From positions 107-64,106 of the forward strand of contig JAFURB010000008.1 in NCBI GenBank assembly GCA_017472065.1: a stretch of 64,000 nucleotides of DNA. Direction: 5' to 3'. Origin of the DNA: Alphaproteobacteria bacterium (lineage in GTDB: Bacteria; Pseudomonadota; Alphaproteobacteria; Rs-D84). The notes below the pieces were generated by a model. That model ran no database searches. It saw nothing but the letters and a program-made list of their open reading frames with translations, and was not told the DNA's origin. Below are positions 55,040 through 64,000 of this stretch, one piece after another (position 1 is the first letter of the stretch; every line of letters begins with the position of its first letter). The position numbers and the translations under genes are program-made.

Positions 55040-56401
55040 TTAACCATTTACGATTTCCAGCACACGGCGCGGAACATCTGTTATCGCGATACGTTCCTGG
55101 GCCATGCTGTCACGGTGACGCAGGGTGACGGTATTATCTTCCATCGTTTGATGATCAACCGTGATACAAACAGGCGTACCGATTTCATCGTGACGACGGT
55201 AGTTTTTGCCGATATTACCCGAATTTTCTAATTCAATACGACCAATCGCAAGTTTCCGCAAATCATTTTCAATACCCGTTGCAATTTCCAACAATTCTGG
55301 AACATTGCGCGCCAATGGTATAACCGCCGCCTTGACCGGGGCCAATTTTGGTTTCAATTTCAAAACTGTGCGCGATTTACCATCGCCCAGGTCTTCTTCG
55401 GTATAGGCCTCTAACATAACAGCCAACATGGCACGATTTACACCCATCGCCGTTTCAATTACATATGGGATAAAGTTTTCACCCGTCTGGGGATCTGAAT
55501 AAGACAATTTTGTAGTACTGTCTTTGTTTTCCAGAACATTTGCGTGAATTTCAAATTCATTTTGCGCCTTGGTATGCGACCCCAGGTCAAAATCTTGGCG
55601 ATTATGGATACCTTCGACTTCGTCAAAGCCATCTGGGAATTCATATTCAATGTCAACGGCCGCCTTGGCATAATGGGCCAATTTTTCATGTGGCATAAAA
55701 CGCAATTTTTCCGCCGGTATTCCCAATTCATTTATCCACCATGCCAGACGGGTTTCCATCCACATTTTATGATACTGTTCATCCTGGTCGGGGCGAACGA
55801 AGTATTGCAATTCAGCCTGTTCAAATTCACGCATACGAAAAACAAATCCACGTGGTGAAATTTCGTTACGGAACGCCTTGCCAATCTGGGCAATCCCAAA
55901 TGGCAATTTATGTGGTTTGGCATCCAGAACATTTTTGAAATTTGTGTATGTTGTAGTCGCGGTTTCTGGGCGCAGGTATGCATTTATCGCCCCATCGGCC
56001 GTCGCACCAATAGACAACCCCATCATCAATTGATATGCACGCGGTTCGGTAATTTCAGTCGAGCCACAATTATCACATTTTGTTGGGTCTTTCATTTTAT
56101 CTTGGCGCATGCGGGTGCCGCATTTTTTACATTCAACCAATGGATCTGAAAAACCCGCTTCGTGGCCGGAATATTTCCACAACAGACGATTTGAAATCAG
56201 CGCAGCATCCAATCCTTCGACATCGTTACGCGAATAAATCATCGCGTTCCACCAGGCGTCGCGAATATTCTTCATCAATTCAACGCCATACGGACCGTAA
56301 TCATATGCGCCCCCCAGACCACCATAAATTTCAGATCCGGTAAAAATAAATCCACGACGCTTGCAAAGTGCAACGATATCATTAACTGTTTTTGCTGGCA
56401 T
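55040..56401 (-). CDS. glyQS: glycine--tRNA ligase, homodimeric (alpha2, GlyQS) type
   Basis: 453 aa. CKRRGFIFTGSEIYGGLGGAYDYGPYGVELMKNIRDAWW is the characteristic N-terminus of the single-chain class II GlyRS. Confidence 0.9.
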   Translation of the reverse strand: MPAKTVNDIVALCKRRGFIFTGSEIYGGLGGAYDYGPYGVELMKNIRDAWWNAMIYSRNDVEGLDAALISNRLLWKYSGHEAGFSDPLVECKKCGTRMRQDKMKDPTKCDNCGSTEITEPRAYQLMMGLSIGATADGAINAYLRPETATTTYTNFKNVLDAKPHKLPFGIAQIGKAFRNEISPRGFVFRMREFEQAELQYFVRPDQDEQYHKMWMETRLAWWINELGIPAEKLRFMPHEKLAHYAKAAVDIEYEFPDGFDEVEGIHNRQDFDLGSHTKAQNEFEIHANVLENKDSTTKLSYSDPQTGENFIPYVIETAMGVNRAMLAVMLEAYTEEDLGDGKSRTVLKLKPKLAPVKAAVIPLARNVPELLEIATGIENDLRKLAIGRIELENSGNIGKNYRRHDEIGTPVCITVDHQTMEDNTVTLRHRDSMAQERIAITDVPRRVLEIVNG

Positions 56402-56482
56402 AATTTTTATTCCTTGGGTTTTATAAACGATTATATATTATACCCAAATAAGTTTTTTACAATAAAAAAGTGGGATTTTTTA

Positions 56483-56770
56483 TTATTTCTTTTTAGATGC
56501 GGCGGTCTTTTTTAATTTATCTTTTTTACCGTCACCAAGGATTTGCATTTCCAATTGCAGAATTGTGTTTTCTTTGTCCTGGATTTGTTTAAGCAATTCT
56601 GTATTTTCCAGTTTGATTTTATCAAGGGCCTGGCGACTGATAATCAACTGGGTAGCCATTTGACGATTGCGTTTGCGATTTAATAAAAACGCAACCAGCG
56701 CACCTAAAATCGCGCCCCCAGACGCACTTAAAAAATCAAAAAAAGTGTCCATGATTGCCATGAACACCAT
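56483..56770 (-). CDS. hypothetical small membrane/coiled-coil protein
   Basis: 95 aa. One TM, a coiled-coil segment and a Lys-rich tail. Confidence 0.45.
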   Translation of the reverse strand: MVFMAIMDTFFDFLSASGGAILGALVAFLLNRKRNRQMATQLIISRQALDKIKLENTELLKQIQDKENTILQLEMQILGDGKKDKLKKTAASKKK

Positions 56771-56795
56771 TTTATCAAATACAAAACTGATTGCA

Positions 56796-57398
56796 CTAGG
56801 CTTCTTTTCGCATGCCTGTTTTGCGATTTATCCATACGCGTTCATCGGCAATTTCCATCATTGGCATGTCTGATTTACTGTCCGAATAAGAACGAACCAC
56901 ATGTGGAATAATTTTGTTTTGTTTTGCCCATTCGTCCAAGGCGTAAACCTTTTTAATACCCCAACAAATATATTCATATTTCCAAGGCTTCTTTTTATCC
57001 ATGCGCGAACACAACACTGCATCAAATTTCATATCACGAACAAGTTGTGGGACAAGATAATCTGTACTGGCCGAAATCAAGACAACCTTGCGACCGGCAT
57101 CACGTTCGTATTGCACGCGTTCTTTGGCCCAGCCGAAACGTTCGCGTTTGTGTTGCTTGATAAAATCAGGCGCAAACTTTTTAACCATATCACGTGTTAA
57201 AAAGCGACGAATATTTTCGCGCCACCACAGACCATGTGGCTTTATCCAACGAATTACACCACACACCATCATCAATGGCAAAAACAACCATGGACGAATT
57301 GAGTGTTTGAAACAATATCTGGCAAATTCTATGTTGGAATCACGCGCAGACAATGTGCCATCAAAATCAAATACAACGACATCTTGTTTTTTTAACAT
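56796..57398 (-). CDS. HAD-superfamily hydrolase, YfhB/PgpC-like
   Basis: VVFDFDGTLS (DxDGT), then a hydrophobic helix right after motif I. The C-terminal SYSDSKSDMPMM...RVWINRKTG resembles E. coli YfhB (GYSDSNQDNPLL...RWRVTPRG). Confidence 0.6.
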   Translation of the reverse strand: MLKKQDVVVFDFDGTLSARDSNIEFARYCFKHSIRPWLFLPLMMVCGVIRWIKPHGLWWRENIRRFLTRDMVKKFAPDFIKQHKRERFGWAKERVQYERDAGRKVVLISASTDYLVPQLVRDMKFDAVLCSRMDKKKPWKYEYICWGIKKVYALDEWAKQNKIIPHVVRSYSDSKSDMPMMEIADERVWINRKTGMRKEA

Positions 57399-57467
57399 AT
57401 TTATCCCTTTGGGCTTTTATTCATTGCGATTATAACAATGAATCCAGCCACGTGCAAACAATAAAAA

Positions 57468-57486
57468 AACGCCCATATCGGGCGTT
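57468..57486 (-). terminator. intrinsic terminator after the RND operon
   Basis: AACGCCC-ATAT-CGGGCGTT with a U-tract on the minus strand. Confidence 0.7.
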
Positions 57487-57491
57487 ATGTT

Positions 57492-60400
57492 TTATTTACA
57501 CAAACGCGGTTTCCAATTACGCAGCCGTTCCATCAAGAAATATAATGCCGGTGTTAATGTAAATGTGAATATAAGACTGGCCAACATACCACCAATCATA
57601 ACCGCACCCATGGCAACCTTCATCCCGTCGCCAGACCACAGTTGTGGCACCATACCCGCCATAACCGCAATTGATGTCATCAAAACCATACCGCGTTTAT
57701 CCTGTAATTCAGACCACAAAGCACTATATGGTTTTTCACCATTTGCGACGCGATTAATTGTCGGTTCCAGCACAAGGATGTTATTATTAACAACCAGTCC
57801 AACCAACATAACAAACGCTAACATCGCACCGACGTTCATTGATGCACCCGACAAGAACATTAACACGAATACACCGGTAAAACTGGTTATAATCGATGTT
57901 GCAATTGTAAATGGATGTGCCAAAGAATTCAATATCGCCGCCAATAACATGAACGTCAATATCGTCGCCAGCAAGAACGCATTACCAATTTCTGTTGTTG
58001 TATCCCCCTGGATTTCAGACATACCGCCAAACTGGGCATAGTATCCGTCGGCCCAATCAATTTTATTAAGACCAGATTGAATCTTGGCCTGGACCGGACC
58101 CATCGTTGATTTTCCAATATTGATATCAATTTCGGTCAAACGATTTTTATCTTTGCGGCGAATATCTGGTGTGGCGGCAGTGCTTTCTACACGCCCCAAT
58201 GCCGATAATGGCACCATACCCTTTTGTGAATTTACATAAACACTGTCAAACAGGGCAACCGTCTGGAACGCATCATCAAATTCCAATACAATTGGATATT
58301 CTTCGCCATTTTCTTTGTATTTATAATCGTCGTTTCCAAACAATGCTGTACGCAATGTTGTACCAGCATATGCATTTTGTACACCCCAGAAATTCATTTT
58401 TTCTTCGTCTGGGATAAAACGATATTCGTTCGCAGGTGTTTGCTGGGCGCGGACGGCTGATTGAACTTCGGATATTTCATTGACCATGTCAATTACCTGG
58501 GCGGCATATGCTTCGCGGATTGCATCGTCCGGGCCAAAGATATTTAATACCAGGTCCGATGACACACCCGCAGATGATGATTGGCCCGCACGAATTTGAA
58601 TTTCCGCATCTGGGATATCAGATATAACGGGCAGCATTGCCTGGGCTAATTCTTTATCAGACAAATCGCGTTCGGCGGCATCAACCAATTCAACCTTGAT
58701 TGATATATTCTGTAAACCTTGTTCGCCAATTTTTACAGATGTCGCGGTCACTTCGTCAAATTTGTGCAAACGTTCTTCAAGCATAATCGCAATCGATTCA
58801 GACTTTTCATATGTCGCACCCATTGGCGCACGCGCCGTCACAGTTATTTCGTCTGCATCTGTTGATGGTGAAAATTCGTTACCAACAAACTTCATCAACA
58901 TTGATGAACCAATCAGTAATGCGATGCCTAATAACAATACCTTGCCAGGATGACGATGTTGCACATCATACCATTTACGCAATGATGATTGTTCGTCGGC
59001 TTTGGATGATTTTTTTACTTCACGCGCCGACACAGTCTTGGCACCACGACGCGCATTTTTAATACGCAAGAATTTTGCAATCATCATTGGTGTCAATGTG
59101 AACGAGAACAACAATGACAACAATGTTAAATATACAACAGTCATACCAAACTGGACCATAAATTTACCAACGATACCGCCCATAAACGCCAATGGCAAGA
59201 ACACCACGACATTTGTACCAACGCCGGCCAAGACCGATACGGCAACTTTCTTGGTACCGTCGATTGCGGCATCTTCTGGGGTTTTGCCAGCATACATTTC
59301 TTGCAGGGCGGCTTCAATCATAATAATGGCGTTTGATACCAATGTCCCCAGCGCAGATGAATACGCCAACAATGTCATCGCGTTCACAGTAAATCCAGAT
59401 CCTTGCATAAAGAAGAAGCCGGCAACCAATGACGCAGGAATAACAACACCTGCGATAACTGTGGAACGCCAATTGCGGGTAAATACCAACAGCACTAATA
59501 CAGTCAGCAAAACACCCAATACAATTGAATTAATTGTATCGTTCGTATCATCGGACACCGCCGTCGACGAATCAAATACGATTTCCATTTCTGCGCCCGG
59601 TAAACGCGATGCTAAATCAGCCTGGTATGCGGGCATATGTTTACGCAATTCGTTTGAAATTTTAATTGCGTTTCCATCCGATGCCTTGACCACAGATGCA
59701 ATAACAACATTTTCACCATTATAGCGTGCACCATTTTCAATTTCACGCGCCGCGTCTGTTACGGTTGCAATATCTGATAATTTGAAATTCTGTCCTTCGA
59801 CCGTGGTCAGGCGCAGGTTTTCAATTTCATCAACCGATGCAAATTCACCAACAAAACGAACATTGGCAGAATTTGTACCACTTTCAATTTTACCGCCTGG
59901 CACGTTCAAGTTACGATTTCCCAACGCCGATACAACATCCATAACCGTCACGCCACGCGCCGCCATTAATTCTGGATTCATTGCAATGCGTACAGCGCGT
60001 TGCAAACCACCAAACACGGACACAGATGCAACCCCAGATAACCCAGTAATTTTATTAGACAGAACATTATCAACATATTCTTCTAAATCACGCGCATCGG
60101 CACCACGCAAAACGATGTCAACAACGGCTTCTTGTAATGGGTTTAATTTTTCAACAACAGGCTGTTCCATGTCAGACGGAAATTCAGACAATAATCCATC
60201 TAACTTGGTCTTAATTTCAGATGCCTTGTCGTTAACATTTACCCCCAGATTAAATTCAGCCAATACCATTGCGCTGTTTTCATACAGGTATGATGTTAAT
60301 GATTTTAATTCTGATACTTCGGAAATTGCGTCTTCGGCACGTTTTACAATCTGGGATTCCATTTCAGCCGGTGCCGCCCCAGGATAAATAAATGTCGATG

Positions 60401-60530
60401 TCACAATTGGAAAGTCCAATGATGGCGTACGTTCAATATTCATTTTTGGAAATGATACAAGACCCAACACCACCCAAAATAAAACAAACATTAATGTTGT
60501 AATTGGTCGACGAACAAGAAACTTTAACAT
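57492..60530 (-). CDS. RND-family efflux transporter (AcrB/HAE-like inner-membrane pump)
   Basis: About 1012 aa. 12-TM topology with two large periplasmic loops. N-terminus FLVRRPITTLMFVLFWVVLG. Confidence 0.9.
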   Translation of the reverse strand: MLKFLVRRPITTLMFVLFWVVLGLVSFPKMNIERTPSLDFPIVTSTFIYPGAAPAEMESQIVKRAEDAISEVSELKSLTSYLYENSAMVLAEFNLGVNVNDKASEIKTKLDGLLSEFPSDMEQPVVEKLNPLQEAVVDIVLRGADARDLEEYVDNVLSNKITGLSGVASVSVFGGLQRAVRIAMNPELMAARGVTVMDVVSALGNRNLNVPGGKIESGTNSANVRFVGEFASVDEIENLRLTTVEGQNFKLSDIATVTDAAREIENGARYNGENVVIASVVKASDGNAIKISNELRKHMPAYQADLASRLPGAEMEIVFDSSTAVSDDTNDTINSIVLGVLLTVLVLLVFTRNWRSTVIAGVVIPASLVAGFFFMQGSGFTVNAMTLLAYSSALGTLVSNAIIMIEAALQEMYAGKTPEDAAIDGTKKVAVSVLAGVGTNVVVFLPLAFMGGIVGKFMVQFGMTVVYLTLLSLLFSFTLTPMMIAKFLRIKNARRGAKTVSAREVKKSSKADEQSSLRKWYDVQHRHPGKVLLLGIALLIGSSMLMKFVGNEFSPSTDADEITVTARAPMGATYEKSESIAIMLEERLHKFDEVTATSVKIGEQGLQNISIKVELVDAAERDLSDKELAQAMLPVISDIPDAEIQIRAGQSSSAGVSSDLVLNIFGPDDAIREAYAAQVIDMVNEISEVQSAVRAQQTPANEYRFIPDEEKMNFWGVQNAYAGTTLRTALFGNDDYKYKENGEEYPIVLEFDDAFQTVALFDSVYVNSQKGMVPLSALGRVESTAATPDIRRKDKNRLTEIDINIGKSTMGPVQAKIQSGLNKIDWADGYYAQFGGMSEIQGDTTTEIGNAFLLATILTFMLLAAILNSLAHPFTIATSIITSFTGVFVLMFLSGASMNVGAMLAFVMLVGLVVNNNILVLEPTINRVANGEKPYSALWSELQDKRGMVLMTSIAVMAGMVPQLWSGDGMKVAMGAVMIGGMLASLIFTFTLTPALYFLMERLRNWKPRLCK

Positions 60531-60546
60531 ATCACACCCCATATAT

Positions 60547-61113
60547 TTATTTTTTGATAACTCTTACTTTTGTGCCTGGATTAACATGTGACAAAATCAC
60601 ACGATCACCATCGTTTAAGCCACCTGTGATATATGCAACAGATGCATCTTGGGCGGCAACAGTTACATGGCGCGCATCTGCAACATCACCATCAACAACC
60701 ATAACAACACCATTTTCAATTGCAGACACCGGAACATAGTATCCATTACCAGATATTTCGGCGAACTGTAACCCGTCTGATACACCCGATGTGCGAACAA
60801 CATGCATCCCTGTGTCATAGTCTATGTTGCGAGATACAGACACGATTTTTCCGTCACCAATTTTCTGGCCGGCACGCAGTTTTTCCACACGCGCGCCAGA
60901 TACCAATGCACGATTATTTTTTACCGCAATCGGTTCACGCAACACACCGTCTGTACGCGATACTGTGATTGCCTCGATCGGGGTTCCTTGGTCAATGGCA
61001 ACGCGCGCCGCGTTGAACACATGACGCGAATTTTCAGATGCAACCGCGGCAAAACGGAATATTACCCAACCAACCAACACTGCAATCAACAGTATTGTGA
61101 AAAATCGTTTCAT
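60547..61113 (-). CDS. RND periplasmic adaptor (MFP), unusually short
   Basis: Trimmed to MKRFFTILLIAVLV. 188 aa with a TM anchor and beta-rich segments (YVPVSAIENGVVMVVDGD..A..V.V......AYITGGLNDGDRVI). No segment is long enough for an alpha-helical hairpin. Confidence 0.65.
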   Translation of the reverse strand: MKRFFTILLIAVLVGWVIFRFAAVASENSRHVFNAARVAIDQGTPIEAITVSRTDGVLREPIAVKNNRALVSGARVEKLRAGQKIGDGKIVSVSRNIDYDTGMHVVRTSGVSDGLQFAEISGNGYYVPVSAIENGVVMVVDGDVADARHVTVAAQDASVAYITGGLNDGDRVILSHVNPGTKVRVIKK

Positions 61114-61151
61114 TTTTGTTGTTTTCAAATTTTCTGCTATTTTTTCCATAA

Positions 61152-62480
61152 TTATTCACCCAACTTTTTTACAGATTGTTCAGACATTAAAATATTGTAC
61201 TTCATATTCAACAGTGCCATATCCAATTGATACAGGCCTGCGGCAACATCTGCCAATTCAATGGCCGACGTTTGACCGGCACCAAAACGATCCTGGGAAA
61301 ATTTGTATGCCTTGGCGGCCAGATCGCGCGCTTCCTGTAACTTGGCCAGGTTGCCACGCAAACGATTGTATTGTTTTATCGCATTGTCATATTTTTCAGA
61401 TGTGATTTTTTTAGACTGGGCCAAATCTTCGCGTGCAGCAACCGCATTCATTGCTTCGATTGTTGCATTGGCACGATTTATACCACCACTGAAAATTGGC
61501 ACCTGAAGTGCGATTCCCAAATTCGCAGATTGCGACCCCTTGGAATCAAACATGTTGCCAATTTCACTGCCCATGGAATAATAACTGTAACTGGCGGTGG
61601 CGGCCAATGTAGGATACGCGCCGGCACGTTCAGAACGCGCCATGCGTTCATACATGTTCACCTGTTCCGATAAAATATCCCATTCTGGGGTGCTTTCCAA
61701 TTTTGCAGGCGCATTTAATTCACCAAATTTTGTTGGGAAAGAATCTGTTAAAACCAATTCTTCGTCCAGATTAATCCCAGCCATAATTTTTAGCATTCTG
61801 TGCGCTGTGTCACGATTGAATTTTGCATCGGATAAATTAATTTCTTTGGATGCGATGTCAGATTCAATTTTGACCAAATTGCTGCGGTTTGCACGACCCG
61901 CCGCAGTAAGACGTTTGCGTGCCGCACGCGCGTTGTTCAAATCAGATTCTGAAATTTTAACAATTTCATCTGTCATCTTGGCCGTCCAGTATAAATTGGC
62001 GGCGGCATATACAACCTCGCGTTGGGTTAATTCTTTGGATGCGTCGGCCATCTTTATCGCAGATTTTACCCCCTTGACCGCATTACCAATTTTACCAAAT
62101 GTGTAAATAGGCTGGGTAAATGACAGACCGGCTGTAAACATATTATCAGGCATTTCAATTGACAAAGGACTGTCGTTCCCGGTTAAAAACGCCCCAATTT
62201 CACCCGGCAATGTAATTTTTTGTGAATCGAACGGATTTTCAACATCCACCATATTCATGTATGTCGCCGTACCTTCTAATTTGAACCAGCGGTTCGCATT
62301 AACCGCATCCAGTTGGGCCGATGCCTTTTCAACATTAGCATTTGCCTTTTTCAAGTCATGCGATTCTTTGACAATACGCTGGGTCGCGTCGGCCAACGAC
62401 AAATCTAACGCAAATGCGTTTGTGGCACACCCTGCAAAACATGCCGCCACAAATAAAGATACTAATCGTACATTATGCAT
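61152..62480 (-). CDS. TolC-family outer-membrane efflux protein
   Basis: 442 aa. Signal peptide and two OEP repeats (LSLADATQRIVKESHDLKKA...). Confidence 0.85.
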   Translation of the reverse strand: MHNVRLVSLFVAACFAGCATNAFALDLSLADATQRIVKESHDLKKANANVEKASAQLDAVNANRWFKLEGTATYMNMVDVENPFDSQKITLPGEIGAFLTGNDSPLSIEMPDNMFTAGLSFTQPIYTFGKIGNAVKGVKSAIKMADASKELTQREVVYAAANLYWTAKMTDEIVKISESDLNNARAARKRLTAAGRANRSNLVKIESDIASKEINLSDAKFNRDTAHRMLKIMAGINLDEELVLTDSFPTKFGELNAPAKLESTPEWDILSEQVNMYERMARSERAGAYPTLAATASYSYYSMGSEIGNMFDSKGSQSANLGIALQVPIFSGGINRANATIEAMNAVAAREDLAQSKKITSEKYDNAIKQYNRLRGNLAKLQEARDLAAKAYKFSQDRFGAGQTSAIELADVAAGLYQLDMALLNMKYNILMSEQSVKKLGE

Positions 62481-62481
62481 T

Positions 62482-62925
62482 TTACTTATGCTCCATATTT
62501 GATAAAATTTTATTCATTGTTTTTAATGCCGCGGTCAATTCAACTTCGTCTTGTTTGGAAATACCAGAAAACATTTTTTCAACACCATTTCTGAAAGTTT
62601 CCAAGGCATTTTCTGCGATTTCCGCACCGCGCGGTGTCACAGAATACCATGTGTTACGACGATCGTTTTCATCAACCACACGCAATACTAAACCGTCCGC
62701 CTCTAGTTTTCTGAAAACCGCACACAGATTCGGCGCCGACACAAATTCGCGACGCGCAATATCTTTTAATAACGCACGTCCACCCTGGTGCAGACGAACC
62801 AAAATAGACATCTGTTGACGCGGAAAGCCAGATAAATGAGCCTGATCAACGCGTAGTTTATCCGCGTATTTATCCAGCATCCAAATATTAGATTCCATAA
62901 GACGAACAAATTCCTTGCGCGACAT
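62482..62925 (-). CDS. MarR-family transcriptional regulator
   Basis: Trimmed to MSRKEFVRLM (147 aa). Winged-helix segment QMSILVRLHQGGRALLKDIARREFVSAPNLCAVFRKLEADGLVLR. First gene of the efflux operon. Confidence 0.85.
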   Translation of the reverse strand: MSRKEFVRLMESNIWMLDKYADKLRVDQAHLSGFPRQQMSILVRLHQGGRALLKDIARREFVSAPNLCAVFRKLEADGLVLRVVDENDRRNTWYSVTPRGAEIAENALETFRNGVEKMFSGISKQDEVELTAALKTMNKILSNMEHK

Positions 62926-63073
62926 TTTATTTTCCTTTATAATAATTTTGCGTTTTGGTTTATTAAAAATCTTAATTATTATATATTTTAACGATTTTAT
63001 TGCAAGAACTTTTTTCAAAAAATTTTTATTTTCTTGCAAAAGATGCAAAGATATATATAATTTAGTTCGCAAT

Positions 63074-63147
63074 TGGGGTGTCGTCTAATGGTAGGACAAG
63101 AGATTTTGGTTCTCTTTATCATGGTTCGAATCCGTGCGCCCCAACCA
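63074..63147 (+). tRNA. trnQ: tRNA-Gln (anticodon UUG)
   Basis: Acceptor TGGGGTG/CGCCCCA, anticodon loop TTTTGGT, T-loop TTCGAAT, encoded CCA. 74 nt. Confidence 0.88.
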
Positions 63148-63157
63148 AAATAAATCA

Positions 63158-63179
63158 ATGCCCATCGGGGCATTTTTTT
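63158..63179 (+). terminator. intrinsic terminator after tRNA-Gln
   Basis: ATGCCC-ATCG-GGGCAT followed by TTTTTT. Confidence 0.7.
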
Positions 63180-63311
63180 ATTTTGCTATACGCACGGCTT
63201 GTACAATCAGTTTCAGTGATTGTACGGCAAAACATTATTAATGTTTTGTACGCGTTTCGGAAAATCACAGATTTCCCAAAACACTAGTGGGGGACATCCC
63301 CACACCCCTGT

Positions 63312-63325
63312 GTGCGCCCCAACCA
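63312..63325 (+). repeat. 14-nt direct repeat of the tRNA-Gln 3' end
   Basis: gtgcgccccaacca is identical to 63134-63147 (T-stem 3' strand, acceptor and CCA). Confidence 0.9.
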
Positions 63326-63432
63326 CACTTCGCGTCTGCGACGCTTCGTGTGGCAGGCCACACAAGGCAAGTAGTATAGGCGAGGTAGTGTCGCCCGAGA
63401 TTTTAATAAAAAGTGACAAATTCATAAAATTA

Positions 63433-63454
63433 AAACCGCCATATGGGGCGGTTT
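63433..63454. terminator. bidirectional terminator-like hairpin
   Basis: AAACCGCC-ATATGG-GGCGGTTT with T-rich flanks on both strands. Confidence 0.55.
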
Positions 63455-63755
63455 AATATTTGCCTAGCGCGACAATTCGTTTTAATTTTTCAGCACGCTT
63501 TTGTAATTCTGCCTGGGCCGCATTTACACGTGTATTGATTGCATCTGCAATCTTAAAATTCCTTTAGGTTTCTGTGTCGCATCTAAACGGTGGTTTGTTT
63601 TCATCAGAATTGTATCACAAAAAACACACAAAAACAAACCTATTTTATGCCGAATCCAAAGGACCGTTTTCCTAAAAAGTCTCTTTTGGACTTTGTTTAG
63701 GCGGTCGTTTGTGATACAATTATTTTACTAGTATCAGAGAGAGGAACGTTTCGAT

Positions 63756-64000
63756 ATGAGAAAGATAATACCGTTTTTGCTGACAATCGGCATGTTGCCG
63801 ACATGGGCGAACGCTTTATCACTGGATGATGCGTTGCGTGCAACATATACCGCATGCGTCGGAATCGATGATGAATTAAGTGACCTGAAAAAAATGGCGG
63901 GAATTAATACAGCAATTACCGCAGTTGGTACGGCGGCCGGCGCCGGCGCAACAATTACCGGTGTGGTCAAGGCATCAACCGACCAGGAAATTGAAGAACT
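63756..64000 (+). CDS. secreted hypothetical protein, N-terminal 81 codons (runs off the right edge)
   Basis: My translation: MRKIIPFLLTIGMLPTWANALSLDDALRATYTACVGIDDELSDLKKMAGINTAITAVGTAAGAGATITGVVKASTDQEIEEL. Signal peptide ends WANA-L. RBS GAGAGAGGA. It is open-ended, so it is absent from the ORF track. Confidence 0.6.
   Translation, partial: MRKIIPFLLTIGMLPTWANALSLDDALRATYTACVGIDDELSDLKKMAGINTAITAVGTAAGAGATITGVVKASTDQEIEE

Noticed and set aside
59002-59724. 240-aa plus-strand ORF
   Set aside because: It is antisense within the RND pump gene.
63078-63456. Three overlapping 69-78-aa ORFs downstream of tRNA-Gln
   Set aside because: The first overlaps the tRNA. None has an RBS or a recognisable sequence. 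The region is better explained by the att-like repeat and the structured GC-rich element.
63467-63603. Small minus-strand ORF MKTNHRLDATQKPKGILRLQMQSIHV followed out of frame by IADAINTRVNAAQAELQKRAEKLKRIVALGKY
   Set aside because: It is interrupted by a frame change and has no family match. It is possibly a gene remnant, but the evidence is too weak to call a pseudogene.
1-64000. CRISPR arrays, IS elements, integrases, prophage genes, rRNA operons
   Set aside because: I saw no regularly spaced repeats, transposase-like or integrase-like translations, or rRNA-like sequence anywhere in the window.

Overview
AT-rich window (about 40% GC by eye) from a probable alphaproteobacterium. The lineage call rests on a GapR/DUF2312 gene, a cysteine-less alpha-type L31, SPOR fusions and ppdK. 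A host-associated Rickettsiales/Holosporales-like lifestyle is only an inference. All calls come from reading the supplied translations and the DNA; no searches were run. Most genes are housekeeping: rpoB (5' end), rplL, rplJ, rplA, rplK, nusG, secE, tRNA-Trp, yidC, lspA, rsmA, recR, acpS, rpsD, pyk, pyrG, truA, fmt, def, rmuC, ppdK, rpmE, uvrD, dnaQ, rpmA, rplU and glyQS. There are four tRNAs (Trp-CCA, Pro-GGG, Glu-CUC, Gln-UUG) and a marR/TolC/adaptor/RND efflux operon. Four accessory regions stand out. (1) A virB8-virB9-virB10 type IV secretion core module lies beside the ribosomal cluster, with no virB11 or virD4 after it. Its VirB9 carries a C-terminal SPOR domain, and its 808-aa VirB10 carries extra modules and a 12-Cys tail. 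(2) Five paralogous polytopic membrane proteins (43.5-50.1 kb) are VirB6/TrbL-like by architecture; four of them are translationally coupled. (3) Two about 730-aa secreted cysteine-rich paralogs with basic Arg/Ser/Thr/Ala tracts flank a phospholipase D lipoprotein (33.4-40.0 kb). (4) Two paralogous APH-like kinases bracket tRNA-Glu(CUC), which is followed by a decayed tRNA copy and a 30-nt perfect repeat. I also saw small dispersed repeats, a tRNA-Gln 3'-end duplication, stereotyped bidirectional terminators and a catalytically degenerate SuhB. I found no CRISPR array, IS element or integrase.
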